DNA of 64,000 nucleotides from Lytechinus pictus (taxonomy: Eukaryota): positions 48,672,001 to 48,736,000 of the forward strand of contig NC_087251.1 of assembly GCF_037042905.1 (NCBI RefSeq), read 5' to 3'. Made by a program: the position numbers and the translations under genes. The number at the start of each line of letters is the position of its first letter. The first letter of the stretch is position 1. The notes under the pieces are model-generated. The model made no database searches and had not been told where the DNA came from. It saw only the letters and a list, made by a program, of their open reading frames with translations. Shown here piece by piece: positions 38,866-52,812 of the stretch.

Positions 38866-41800
38866 GGTCATGAGCCAAGGAGGGGTATCAGAACCTGACT
38901 GCTACTGTGGCGTTACACTGATTTACTAAGTGAGCCAGTACTGCCAGCAAACGCCAACGCCGAGCCCCAGGCGGCGGAAAATAACCTGGCAAACTCGGGT
39001 AACCTGAAAAGGGTAGTGGGACCCTGATGGAGGAAATGCCATCTAAAGGCGGAGGAATCATAATTGATCAACGACATCCACAACTCACCAACATGCAACT
39101 GTGGCCAGCATGGTGAGTCAAGGCCACACCCCCTTCAAGACTATGGCAGCACAAAGAAAGAAACGGCCCTCAGTCCCCAGCAGCTCTGGATTGCCCAGCT
39201 ACGGGAGCGGTTGTGGCAAGGAAGGAGCAGAGGGTGCTAAGAATCTCTGGGCTAGGACAGGCTCCTTAAAGGATGTGACCATCTGTACATATAATGTACG
39301 TTCCCTTTTAGGAGAGGATAGGCTATGTGAGCTGGAAAAAGAACTAGGCAACATCACATGGGACATAGTCGGATTGTGTGAGGTTAGACGCCGCGGGGAA
39401 CATCTACAACATCTGCTGTACACAAGGGGAAAGGAGAAAAGTAGCATAGGAGGGTAGGTTTCCTTATTCACAAGGCGATAGCATCCAATGTCATTTGCTA
39501 CAAGAGCACTTCAGACAGAGTATCCCAGATCATCCAAAAAATCTCCAAGAAACAAACCATGAAAATCATTCAAGTATACCTTCCAACATCTAGCCATACT
39601 GATGAAGAGGTTGATATGGTCTATGAGGAAATTGCTAAACTACTTGATGAGGACAAAGCAAACTTTACTATAGTTATGGGAGATTTCAATGCTAAAGTTG
39701 GTAAAATGGAAGATAATAGCGAGGTGATGCTAGGAAAATTTGGCACTAGGAATGATAGGGGAGATCGTCTACTGGAATTTGCTTTAAGCAGAGGTCTTGA
39801 GGTAATGACCTCTTTCTTCAAGAAAAAGGAACATCGAAAATGGACATGGCAAAGCCCAAATGGCACCACTAGGAACGAAATCGATTTCATTCTAACAAAC
39901 AGACCGGACATCGTAAAAGACGTTTCCGTGCTAAACCGCTTCAATACTGGAAGTGACCACAGGCTTGTGAGAGCAAAAATGCATGTTAATTTCAAGCTAG
40001 AAAGATGTAAACTAATAAGGAAGAAGAACGCCAGCCTAAATGTGGGCAAACTTAAACAATGTAAGGACGAGTTTCAACTACATTGTACAGCTAAGGAACA
40101 GATTCCAAGTGCTTCAAGATGAAGTAAACCAGGAAGATGTAAATGATATCTATGATAAATTCTATCACACTGTCCAAAATTGTGCTCTTGAGATGGCAGG
40201 GAAAAGGGAAAATCAAACAAATGACAAGATCACAAAGGAGACACTTGATCTGATGAGAAAAAGGAGACAGATGAAGGTATCAACACAGAAGGATAGCATA
40301 GAATATATGGAATTGTGCAAAACCATTAGAAAACGTATGAAAAGTGAAATTCGCAGCTTCAACATAAAAAAGTCCAAGAGATCATAAAAAATAATAGCAG
40401 CTACAAAGCCACCAAACGTAAACTCTCCAGTGGGAAATCACGACTGATAGCTATTAAAGGGGAGGATGGAAGTGTTATTCATGACAGAGACCAGATAATT
40501 AATCATGTGAAGGATTTCTATCAACACCTGTACTCCAGCAAGGTCCATGTTGACACACCAATCATTGCTCAAGATACAGATGAGGACATACCACCGGTAG
40601 GAGTAGACGAGGTTGCTAAAGCCCTGCAAGCAATGAAGCGTGGTAAAGCACCAGGTAGTGATGAGGTGCTGGTGGATGTCCTTAAAGATGGAGGTGATGT
40701 CATCCTGGAACAGCTGGCCAAGCTGTTTACACTCTGTTTAGTAAAAACACAAACACCAGACAGCTGGAACAATGCAATCATAATCCTCATCCACACGAAA
40801 CTGAGGATACACAAAGGATATTAAAATGTATAGGCCAATTAGCTTACTTTCAAATACCTACAAATTATTTACAAAAGTCCTAACAAACAGAATCACTGGA
40901 ACCCTAGATTTTAACCAACCGAGGGAACAAGCCGGATTCAGAAGTGGTTTCTCTACTACAGACCATCTTCACACACTTAACCAACTATTAGAGAAGACTT
41001 GCGAATACAGACAACCCCTGTGCGTGGCATTTGTAGACTTCGCACAAGCTTTTGACAGTGTAGAATTTCAGGCAGTAATAACAGCCTTACAGGTACAAGG
41101 TGTGCACCATAATTACATCAAACTCATTCAGGAAATGTATAGCCAAGCAACTGCAACCATTCACCTGCACAAAGACAGTGATGAATTCCCCATTAACAGA
41201 GGAGTGCGACAGGGAGATACCATTTCACCCAAACTGTTCAATGCTGCACTGGAGGAAATAATACGTAAATTAGACTGGGAAAGTACGGGGCTAAACATTG
41301 AAGGTGAGTGTCTCCACCACCTGAGATTTGCCGATGATATCATTCTAATCACTGATGATGGCCACAAGCTAGAAAATATGCTCAACGATCTCAACACTGA
41401 AAGTAACAAAGTAGGTCTGAAGATCAACATGAAAAAGACAAAAGTAATGTTCAACAAATTTGCTAAGGAGGAAAGAATCATAATGGATAATTCTGAAATC
41501 GAGAAAGTAGATCATTATATCTACATTGGGCAACACGTCACAATGGATCATGAACAACTGGATGAAGTTAAAAGGAGGACAAGAGCTGGATGGATCGCTT
41601 TTGGGAATTTCAATGACATTATGAAGAGCAATATGCCAATTTGCCTTAAGAGAAAAGTATTTAATCAATGCGCTATACCGGCAATGACCTATGGTTCTGA
41701 AACCTGGTCTGTAACAAAGAAAATGGAACAGAAATTAAAAACCACTCAACACAGTATGGAACGTATAATGCTACGGATATCAAAACGTGACAGGAAAACC

Positions 41801-42108
41801 ATACAATGGATTAGGAGCCAGACTAGAGTAATAGACATAATCAAAGCAATTAAATCAACGAAATGGAGATGGGCTGGCCACCTTGCAAGATCACATGATA
41901 ATAGGTGGACCAAACGCATCATAGAATGGAGACCATGGCTAGGATCACGAAATCGGGGTAGACAAAAATTGAGATGGAGTGACGAGCTCACAAAATTTAT
42001 TGGCATAAATTGGATTGCTTCAGTACAAGACAAGCACCTTTGGCACCAACTTGAGGAGGCCTTCGCCTTGCAGTGGGCTGAACATGGCTGATATGATGAT
42101 GATGATGA

Positions 42109-42112
<4 letters not shown>
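38862..42112 (+). mobile_element. Near full-length RTE-clade LINE (APE endonuclease plus RT), inactivated
   Basis: ICTYNVRSL, WDIVGLCEVRR, MGDFNAKVG, NEIDFIL, GSDHRLV; YRPISLL, RGVRQGDTISP, LRFADDI, YGSETW, RWAGHLAR; several frameshifts and a stop; (GAT)n tail; flanked by (TA)n. Confidence 0.95.
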
Positions 42113-42186
<74 letters not shown>

Positions 42187-42193
<7 letters not shown>

Positions 42194-42345
42194 AAGTTAT
42201 ACATGTACTACAGCTTTGGCAACTCTTTTATATTTAAATATTGTGTGAAAGAAATGGATGAAGAGAACAATGGTAGGCGTAGCTTAAATCAAGTTTCCCC
42301 AGAGCTATCTACCCTTTGGAAAAATTGGTGATGCCGAAAAAATGT
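42187..42345 (-). repeat. Inverted fragment of the tRNA-containing repeat
   Basis: Reverse complement of the unit's 3' part, ending at the tRNA terminator; shares 'catcacc/gggtagat' variants with 38324-38825. Confidence 0.85.
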
Positions 42346-43739
42346 ATCTTATATATACATATTTATAATTTCACCCTTCTTATCGGATATTAAAGGTCTG
42401 TTGGGAAAGTATACCTCAACCTCGTTCCTATTTAATTCCTCCTTTATATTCATGAAAAGCCAAATCCCCGTCAGAATCGGTAATGTTTTACTAATATCTT
42501 ACTGTCCGATTTATCCACGCGCTGCATGTTGCTATAGTATCAAACTATAATCGACAGGTCAGCAATTTAATACGTGATTATAGTGTTTGACGATCGGTCG
42601 GTCACTTTCGCAGTCGAATTTGGTATGAAACGATCTATCGAATGCTTCACTTCTCTCACTGAATTCACTTTTTTTTCCTTAAAAAATAAACGAAAACCGA
42701 CATTATTTGTATTTGGAAAGGGCAAATAAAAGCAATATTTTGTGAGTGGGCATATCCGTCATTTTAATAATATCATCGATAAGTGATTTTGAACTTTATT
42801 TACTATAACATTTAATAATAGACTAAAAGAAAGTGTGATTACGCCATTCATTTTAGACCAAAAAAGCAGAGCTGTGTATGAGAAATAGGGGGAGTCTAAA
42901 GTAGCATATAGGGCGGCCTCCCGGCATATGCTATAGCAGAATTTAAAAGAAAGAATGGGAAATAGGAAGACAGGAAGTGTATGAAAAAGAAAGGTCTGGG
43001 CCTGGTCAACTGAATATTGAGGGAAAGTATATGATGTGCCCCCCCCCCCCCCCTCGGCATCAAAATATCATGCGCTGGACCTGTAACTTGATGCCATAGA
43101 ATCATAAATGGGTATGAATGCCAAATATTACACCATCAAGCCCCGTCTCACTCTTTTCCCCATCTAACTTTGATTACAACCACTGCACTAATTCCCCATG
43201 CATGGTTTTAAGTGCATTTTGACGGCATCATGAATTCATCTTCTTTTCCATCCTACATTCATTCGTGCATGATACACCCACTCACTTACACACACTCACG
43301 CCGTTTACTGCCCCTACAACTCATTTGCGGTAACACATTCACACATAATTTAGCGTTTCGTGGAAGGATCACTTATCGGATGTTTTGTCCGTCACTTACA
43401 ATAGTAACAGTGCTTCTCCGCAAATCAAAATCAATGAAAGTTGTCTGATAAAACAGGGCTTTTTTGGTAAAATGTCCGACAAGTCTTTTCATGAAACGTT
43501 CATTAGATCACCTCTGTCACATTAAATTGCGTTGGTTTATTTTCTGCATGAGCTGTGTTTTATCAAATTTTATGCATCAATGTCGTCCCAATAATTATTC
43601 ACCAATATTCCATATTGAAATTTAAATACTTGCTTTTCACTAGTCTTAACTTACAGAAATGAAAAGATGCTACTTTTAATAATAATATTTTTTTTTCTTT
43701 TATCCTCTTAATCGAGGGAGTTATTCACAATAACATGTA

Positions 43740-44915
43740 CATATGTATACAAACAATTAAAAAAAACAAAATCAATTCACTTCAATAATGCAATATTTTT
43801 TTTAATATCACATTTTTTCAAAATTCCGAACTTGCTTTTTTGTTTACATAAACTTTCTAAATAAATAATCATAGTAAGCTTGAATTCAATCCTTAAAGAA
43901 TTCGCATCATATCTTTTTCCTTTGAATATGCTTTTTATGTAATTTCGATAAATAACAAATTGAGCAATAACACAAAATAAATTACACATAACATTGCTGG
44001 AACTTTGCAGATCATAACCTATGATTAATGTTTTTCATCTATAGAAATAGTAATCTTGAAAATATAAAATACCAACCTTTCTATAATTTTCCAAAAAAAA
44101 ATCGAACATATTTACAATACAGTATGAAATGAAAAGTGGTATCAACTTCTCCGCAAATGTTACAAGAGTTGTTTTCTACTACATGCCACTTAAATAAATT
44201 GTATCTTGAGGGTAAAATCTTGTTCAAAAATTTAAAACTAAATTGTCTAATTCTATTATCCACAATTAAATGCAACTTAAAATAAAATACATGGTTCCAA
44301 CTAAAGGAAACTGGTAATGAAAAAAGATTAGACCAAAACGAAACAATGCCTGGTTCTTCCGATACCTCCGAACATAATAAAGAATATATCTTTCTTGTTG
44401 GTAAATAATCTAGAGTTATTTGTTCTCCACTTTTTAATGAAATTAAGATTCGTTCACTTTTTTTTAATTCGAGTGGATAATTTTCCTTAAACAACTTATT
44501 CAACCAATAAACAGGAAAAGACTTTTTTAATTTAGCATATTCTAAATCAAATAAAAGCTGAGAGGAATAGACAGATTTATTTAAAATATTTGGTGCTAAC
44601 CACTGACGATTTCTTATAACATCAATAACTCTAATTATACCTGCATGCTTCCATTTCTCAAATACCAACATACGTTTATTAAAAGTAATATTGCTGTTAT
44701 TCCAAATGATTTCATTTTCAATGTTTTTTACTCCAAATATACCAATATATCTTAACTTAGACCAGCTACAAAAAAAATCATGGTAAAAACTAGGTATATT
44801 TGCTTTTGTACAAAGAAAATTCATATCTTTTGTTGATATATTGTATTCAAAACATAAAGGAATTTCACCAATCTTTGATAACCAATAATTAAAAAGAAAT
44901 TTCCAACTACTTTGC
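43740..44915 (-). mobile_element. Tx1/L1-group LINE 3' fragment
   Basis: IIWNNSNI...KWKHAGI, FKFLNKILP, CNICGEVDTTFHFILYC (C-terminal CCHC), AT-rich codons. Confidence 0.8.
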
Positions 44916-45027
44916 ATTGTTTATTTTTATTCAATCGTGTTCCACAAATTAATCAAGTATTTTGTAAAATAAAATATCGTTCGCTTCCCGCAACATACTA
45001 ATGCAAATCTTCATGTTTAAAATCAGT

Positions 45028-47490
45028 TAATAATAATAATAATAATGGTGGCTACTTTTATAGCGCACAGGTCCACCTTTCGGTGCTCATGGCGCTTCAA
45101 GGAAAATAAACACAAAACATAACAACAATAGAAAACGAAAAAGAATAGAATTTGAATTCTCCTGAATAAACACTATTATACTGTTAATGGGAGATCAAAT
45201 AAGTTTTCAACTGGGACTTGAATGTTTCTGTTGATGAAATTTGGCGTAATTGGATAGGCAATTGATTCCATAGCTTTGGTCCTATAACAGAGAATGCATG
45301 GTCCCCCCAATTTGTGTTTTGTTCTGGGTGTCTGGAGCAATAGAGCATCAGATGATGAGCGGAGACTACGTGAAGGCTGATATTTTGAGATAGAGCTGCG
45401 GAGATATGTGGGGAAGAGAGTATAAATTGAATGATGTATTAGTAAAAGAATTTTTAAGGTGATTCGTTTATCAACAGGCAGCCAATGTAAGGACTGGATG
45501 ATTGGCGAGATGGAGTCATACTTTTTAGTGTACGTTAGGAGACGGGTAGCAGAGTTTTGTAGACGTTGAAGTTTTGTCAAATAGTTTTGTGGGAGGTTAC
45601 AGAACAATGAGTTTGAAAAATCTAAACGGGAGGAAATCAATGCATGGATAAGTATCTCGGCTGCAGGTTTAGACAGTGATTTTCTGATGAAACTCAAATT
45701 ACGAAGTTGATTTCTGACATTTTGTTGGACTTGAGTGATATGATTGCGAAAAGTCATTTCCTGATCAAATATAACCCGAAGACTACGGGCTATTTTAGAC
45801 GGAGTGATACAAGTGTTACCAAGATGGACGTGACATGACTGAAAGTCAATTTTCCCAAGCATAAACTTCGTTCCAAGTATTAAGAATTTTGATTTATCAT
45901 CGTTCAGTTTCAGGCAATTAGATACAAGCCATGTCTTAAGTCTTGTAGACATGTCAGTGACGACATTGAAGGTTGAAAAGACAAATAGAGTTTTATGTCA
46001 TCGGCATAACAATGGTATTTTATGCCATGTTTACAAAATATCTTGCTGATTGGTTGCATATAGAGGGAATAGAGCAGTGGACCTCCTACAGAGCCCTGGG
46101 GTACACCAAACTTCAAAGTAGTTAAACCTGAGATAGAGCTATCGATTCTAACATATTGAGATCGTTCTGATAGATAGGATATGAACCAAGCAAGGGCAGT
46201 CCCCTTGATACCTAATGAGTTAAGCCTTTCAATTAGGAGAGTGTGATCTACTGTGTCAAATGCTGAACTCAAGCATAATGAGAGCCGTAATGTTACCATT
46301 ATCCATTTCTCTATAAATTGTATCTGTTAAGTTAACTAGAAGTGTTTCTACATTATGACCAGGCTTGTACGCGGATTGATGTGGGTCAAGTAACTCATTC
46401 TCTTGTAAATATGATGTTTGTTGTGAGAAAACAACTCTTTCCAGCAGTTTACCTTAAAAAAACAAGTTTGATATCGGGCGGTAATTTTTCAAACACTCTT
46501 GATCTAAGCCTGATTTTTTCAGCGTCGGATGGATGACAGCTATTTTACAGACCTGTGGTACAACTCCCGAACTAAGACTTGTATTTACTATTCTAGTAAT
46601 GACAGGCAACAGAACTGTGGAACATTTCTTAACCAAATCCGTTGGGATTGGGTCAAGTTCACATGATTTGTTTGGAGAATTTTTGATAAATACTTCCATC
46701 TCACTGATAGTGACAGGTCGAAATTCCCTCAATTCTGACTTAATTTCGCTTACAGTGTCATTTGAGTGTAAGGCAGGAGTTTGGAAGCACTGCCGGATTG
46801 TTAGAATCTTATCTACAAAATACTGATCGAAGCAATTTGCAAGCTCAGCCTGATCACCATGAGTGAGATGTTCTGGTAAAGGAGATTTTTGTTTCCCGTA
46901 AAGCAAATCATTGGCAACTTTGTACATTTTTGTGTGTGTTTTTCCTTCAATCCTCAATCTTTTTCGAATGGTATTGTAACTTAGCATTCTTTATCAAAGT
47001 ATTGACATGTTGCTTTTGGTCATGATATATCTGCTTGTGAATCTCCAACCTAAATCGTCTTTCTAATTGTCTTCGAATCAATTTTTCTTGAGTAATTTCT
47101 GGGGTGTTCCAATCAGTATTGGGGTGAATTGTTACCTTCGGCTGCTTCTCAGGTGCCAACTTTTTAAGAGCATAGCTGAGTAAGGTATTATACATATCCA
47201 CTTCTTCATCGACACCGTTACATGTAAACAACCTGATATAAGAGACTTAACATGGGTGTCATCTGCAAACTCTTTGGGGTCAAAGGATTTCAAATTTCGT
47301 GTTGTTACTATTTTCTTCTGGTTTGTTTGTTTCGGAAGGCTTAATTCACACATCAGTGCTGAATGGTCAGATATACCTTCTACAACACAAATATTACAAA
47401 GGTTAACAGTATTCTCATTATGGGTCATGAGCAAATCTTGAACATGGCCACGGTTATGGGTTGGCTCATTAATATGTTGAACCATGTTGT
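45028..47490 (-). mobile_element. Decayed L2-clade LINE (endonuclease C-terminus, RT, 3' stem-loop, (ATT)n tail)
   Basis: QHINEPTHNRGH..D, SDH, KSCELDPIP, NYRPISNL, SAFDTVDH, GVPQGSVGGP, HCYADD, SRLDFSNSL, LHWLPV; many frameshifts. Confidence 0.92.
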
Positions 47491-48295
47491 AGGCTGTTTT
47501 TTGAAGGGGAAAACAGCTCCAGACTTCTTTGGAATGGGATCACTGATGATAAAATTTTCAGCAATAACTGGGAAGATTAAGTGAATATAAAAAAAAAATA
47601 GAGCTTCCCTCTTTTATTTATTTTTTTCTAGAAATTTAAACAAAAGTAATAGAAAGAGTTTGAGAAAAGATAGTATTCAGACTTGCTGTCTGTCTTAGAA
47701 AATTCGTTGCTTGAATGAATGATTTTCATTATTATTATTCAAAAGTCTATTGAAATCCATTCATTATGGATTTTCCTTTTAATGTCGGAGGCACATGAAG
47801 AGGCTTGTTTTGTTAAGAATATATTTTACACTTAAGCACAAGCATTTTCAAACAGTTGTTGATTTTATTCACGATAACAAATACATACTGGAACTATTTT
47901 TATTCTACTACCAAATGAATTGAGAGAGAATACAAATTCTAGGGTGAAACAAACACTGGCTTTCAAAAAATCATCGCCCATCAGAAAAAGGTTACATTAA
48001 TTTTTTTATCATAATTCGGTGAAAGCATGGGCCACCATGCATCGTATACAGTGACGTTTGGATAAATTACGTGACTTAAAATTGATTGTTGTAACTCCTA
48101 TCAGAGACTTAGTTCTTGCCCCATGCAAAAAAGAGACCTTAAGGAAAATTACGCAAATCAGAATAACAATTTTTTAAATATATTTCTCTGTCGATTTCGT
48201 GAAATGTCTGACTAAATATTGATTAATGTCATTAGTGTCTATCAGTTTTAATCAAGATTTATATTGAGACGATTTGTGTAGCTTCTGCTACAACA

Positions 48296-48969
48296 TTACT
48301 TTGAAAGAATGCTCTGTCGTCTTATTCTTATATCTGCTTCACTGGACATTGGCACCCTGTTTGGCGCCCTCACTGGACTCCCATTGAGATTGTCCCCATC
48401 GCTTTTCTGATTTTCGGCAGGAACATCTGCCTGACTCGATGAATCGTCGCCGAATTTTCTTTTCATTTCTTCGTCAACAGCGTACGTAAACGCCTTTTCG
48501 TTCATCGTCAAACTTTCGGATACCAAACTGGTACCGTCGACCATCTCAATATTGTTATTCTCCACGTCATTTCCGTCAGTGTTGTTGGCTACAAAGAGGC
48601 TGCCTCGCTTCCGTTGCCTAGATTCCACTAGCATGGCGTACACGCGGTATATCTGAAGTAGGATAACCGTCAGGTTCTTCAAGGCGTAGAAGTACACCGA
48701 GGATGCTTCATCGCCAAGTATTGCGATTATGATCAGCCGAAACACCAAGAACGGTCCATCCTGTATTGTGATGGATATTATCGCCTCTCTGAACTCTGTC
48801 GATTGGACCCAGTCGTTCTGGCGGATGTTGGGTGCTGTCCTTCGACGTTGCATCATCCGACTGAGTGGTCTGGCCTCCTTCTTTGCAACGTAAAGGGATA
48901 CATCACCGACAGTCTCACGTCGCTTTGAGAGAAGCTGGTTGACAGCATCTACCCATACATTAAGAATGG
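48296..48969 (-). CDS. TMEM26: TMEM26-like paralog B, exon 4
   Basis: IQDGPFLVFRL...FYALKNLTVILLQIYRV; acceptor AG 48970-48971, phase 1. Confidence 0.88.
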
Positions 48970-49718
48970 CTGTTTGTGAATATGCAAAAGAAAACAATAA
49001 TACATGTATCAATGTTATGAATTCAACTATAATGCCTGCTTGAATATCGATCAAAATATAATTTAGGTATGTGGATAAACAATCAAAGTTTAAAGATACA
49101 ATTACTATCACCTCAATTGTTTTATATAAAGTCAATGAGTTTACATTCAGGAAATCATGTATATTATACTATCTGCTTTTTGCATTACATGCAGCATATC
49201 GACCCTTTGTGTTTAAGTTGTTTATAATTATTTCTATATTGCATTCCTAATTAATTTTCATAACGATGTTATGACTCTCATAATTCCTAAATACCTTGAA
49301 TACTCTTACTTCTATCTTTTTTTCTTTTCTTAGCACTTAGCGATTTGAAACATAACTATAAAACGCTTCATAAATGTTATGTATTATTATTATCATTACG
49401 ATCAGGAGGCCGTATCAAAAAGTTGTCAACACGGACAAATTGTCTTCTTTTAACAATAACCTTAATAACAGTTGGAGGACAGTCCTTTTCAGCTACTCAA
49501 AACTGAGGATTTCACTAGATTGTTAGCGCTAACAAAATTTAGTCAGGTCTGACGATTTTAAATTCATGAAATGCTTCCATTTTTTATACAGTTGTACATT
49601 CATACAGATTTATGTGTATGTTGAGGGGTTCCCTTAAACATTACGCGCCTCTCTCTGTATTTATTTTACGATTTTCATGGATAAATGATCATTATCTCGC
49701 GGATTCGTTCGGCCTTAC

Positions 49719-50046
49719 CGTTTTCCCGCTTCTCATCATGAACCCTGTTCCTCTTCTCCGGAATGGCGATGCTGAATTGGAAAACGGCTATACTCCACAG
49801 CAGGAGGACAATCGTCGTAATGGCCCTGCTGCACCCGAAGTGACCATTGGTGATGATGACGGCAACGAACTCGACGATGTCTTCACCCGCCCCAACCAGG
49901 ACAAGGAGGAGCTGGGCCACCTTCTCGCGGGTGAAGTTGTCCCGTGGCAGGAGCCATCGGCAGAAGATGAGTACAAAGACTACGGAATATTCTACTACCG
50001 TTGTGAGACGCTCGTACTCCCTATATGTCTTGGCCACGAATGGCAT
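49719..50046 (-). CDS. TMEM26: TMEM26-like paralog B, exon 3
   Basis: CRWLLPRDNFTREKVAQLLLVLVGAGEDIVEF; cctcag acceptor (phase 0), G|gtaagg donor (phase 1). Confidence 0.88.
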
Positions 50047-50207
50047 CTGAGGATAACAGAGAGGGAGAAGTTTGATCAATATGATGTCCTGTACGTTTTA
50101 TAGCCAAATTCCAAGCTTTTGAAAGGCTCTCAAACATGTCACAGCAAAGAGTTTCCTCCTTTCTTGCTTGCTCTATAGTATAAATGCATCAGTGAGATGC
50201 AGATAAT

Positions 50208-50270
50208 TGTGGCTAAGTGGTAGAGCGCCGTCTCATGAACGGAAGTTATTGGTTCGGCCCACGAATGAAT
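50208..50270 (+). mobile_element. Degenerate tRNA-derived SINE head
   Basis: A-box-like 'tggctaagtgg' and degenerate B-box 'ggttcggccc'. Confidence 0.35.
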
Positions 50271-51279
50271 CATATCAACGATTTTGATAGGACCTTCTGT
50301 CTTCTAGCTTTGCGCTTGGCATTTAACCCAACTATAATGATGATTACGTATTTCGTTTTTAAGTTATTAGTATTTTGTAAGGCACAAAGACATTATCTAA
50401 TGAAATATTACTTTCGGGTTGATCTTCACTTTGCTGAAAGATCGGATAAAACATACGCTATTCTTTTACAGCTGCATTATACAGATTAATATTGTTTTGT
50501 TCATTGGGGTTTCGTCAGCCTTACTGCAAGAACTACATAAAAATAATTTTCTTGTTAATTTTTCTGATGATCTAATGGAGAAATTGCAATAGTGTATCTC
50601 ACATCTTGGCAATATGTGTTGATATTTTGCCTCGGGATTATGGGAGTTTGACAGACGTTCAGTTCAACCAAACATGAAACAATTCTTGACGATATCATTG
50701 CAATCTTAAAAGACATGACAATGAAATACCACGTCACACACGGCCTGAACTTGCACTTATTAATTCTGCTGTTTCTTGTAGTATGTTTTTTATTCACTCC
50801 CGGAAAACCATATGTTTCAACGTTTTTGTGCAGATCCTTCAAGAAAAAAAATCAGATTTCGAGTTTTGAGATGACGAACAGAGAAAGATCATTGTGAACG
50901 TGACTATAAAACAAATCATAAAATATCGAAAGGTTTTTGACTCAAGGAACTGGTTAACATTTTTCGTACTTGGAATCCGAACTATAACGCCCCAATTGCT
51001 ACCTGTGTCTGTGATAATTATGTTGTAAAAATGAAGCCATGAAAAGAGTGAACCTGAAAATCATACTACTTTAAAATCGAAAATGCACAGGTATAAGAAG
51101 CATCACCCCCAATTATATTCAAAATACTACATGTTTTACAATTATTCTACCCAGCAGAGAATTTATTATTATGATATTCCGGTCACAGAATTTGATATTT
51201 GTTATATTTTCTCCCTGAGTCTTCTCAATTTTCATGATTATTCTTTCAAAAAGACTCCTTTAATTTCTTTAAACCTTAC

Positions 51280-51451
51280 TGTCGTGTCATTATGAATCTG
51301 TTGATCGTAGACTGGATGGCTATAACATGCGCTGTAATTCTGCAAGCATGCATCGTATCCTTCTCTTTCTCTCTTGTTAAGCATCGTGATGTGGATAGTC
51401 CAGATGGCAGGAATCACGCTCATCGTATAGAGAGCTGTTGATGTGCAGATC
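51280..51451 (-). CDS. TMEM26: TMEM26-like paralog B, exon 2
   Basis: (W)ICTSTALYTMSVIPAIWTIHI; ctacag acceptor (phase 2), ACA|gtaagg donor (phase 0). Confidence 0.83.
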
Positions 51452-51559
51452 CTGTAGTTATGTTCAAAGAAAAGATGATTGGTTAAGGAAGATGTTGGAC
51501 AGTGAGTATAAGTATCATATCTATATATTACTATACTACACTACAAATCGGACGCATCA

Positions 51560-52555
51560 GAGAATGAATCGACAATGATACATCAGGTCTCACGATCTGA
51601 CATGAGAGTTGGTAAACCATGTAACAAACTACTTATATCCCAACAAAATTTAAAGGTCTCCATCCTCTCGTTTTATGAGGGAGGCGCAACAAAAGTACAT
51701 CAGAAATTACTTCTTTCTCACTACGGAAACAGTGACCAGCAAATCTCTTACTACGTTTAATTACTGTAATGAAGATAGGTGGAAGATCTCCATGAATTTC
51801 ATCCTTTGTTTTGTGATCTCTCCAACTAATAGTTTGTTCCCTCATCAAAAGTCGAGTGTATGTGCCATCTAGTCTATCTTTTAAGGACTTCTTGATTGTC
51901 CATGTTTCTGAACCATACAAAAGTATACTTTCTACACATGCTTTCAACAGAGTCTTATTGACAGAGAAACATTTGATTTCCAAATCAAATGCAGCTTATT
52001 TCAAGCATTCCATGCAAGAGCTTTCCTCGATAGAAAGTCTTTTCTTGAGTCGCATATGAACCTAAATACTTAAAATCATCCAATTATTTAAGCTTTCCCC
52101 TTTCTTTGACAGTATTGATGCATGATCATGAGCTTCATTAAATGTCATGTACTCGGTCTTTTAGGAATCCAAGTAGAGGCCAAACTTTTCAGATGCATCC
52201 TCTAATGCAAGAATGAGTTCTTGTGCATCCTTCAAAAGAGCAGTAGTCAATGATATATCATCAGCATAATCTAAATCAGTTAAATATTTGTGTTGGTCCC
52301 TACTTGTAGATACAGGTTTGATGTCCATTCCTTTTGTTCGTAATCTACTACAATTACAAATAGATATTGTGCCAAAGTGTCATCCTGAAGAATTCCAGAA
52401 GTTGTCACAAACTGTTCAGTAGGTCCATCTACACTTTGAACAAAGGAGAGTGGATCTACATACATTACATCGATTGCTTGTATTACTTCATTTGGGATAC
52501 TATAATTTGAAAGAATTTTGATCATATTAAAACAGTTAACGCTATGAAATGCCTA
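51560..52555 (-). mobile_element. Decayed RTE/RTEX-type LINE RT fragment in TMEM26-B intron 1
   Basis: GILQDDTLAQYLFVIVVDY, DLDYADD, ESILLYGSETWT...LDGTYTRLL, RFAGHC. Confidence 0.85.
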
Positions 52556-52812
52556 TGTATATAGGGCTCACGGAAACCATGTATTCTTTTCGTGTTTGGT
52601 CCTAAAATGGACAATACAAACCTGACGTTTCGACAAGTATGTTATTGTCGCCTTTAGTTGTATATGGAAAAAATAGCATGATATTTTGACAGTCTGTTGC
52701 ATTTTTTAGCTTATAATGTAAGGAGAATCCATAATCATTGATGGATTGTATAATTTTGGCCAAAACACATGGCAACATTGAAATGATTGCCGACATTTAT
52801 AAAATTGCTTAC

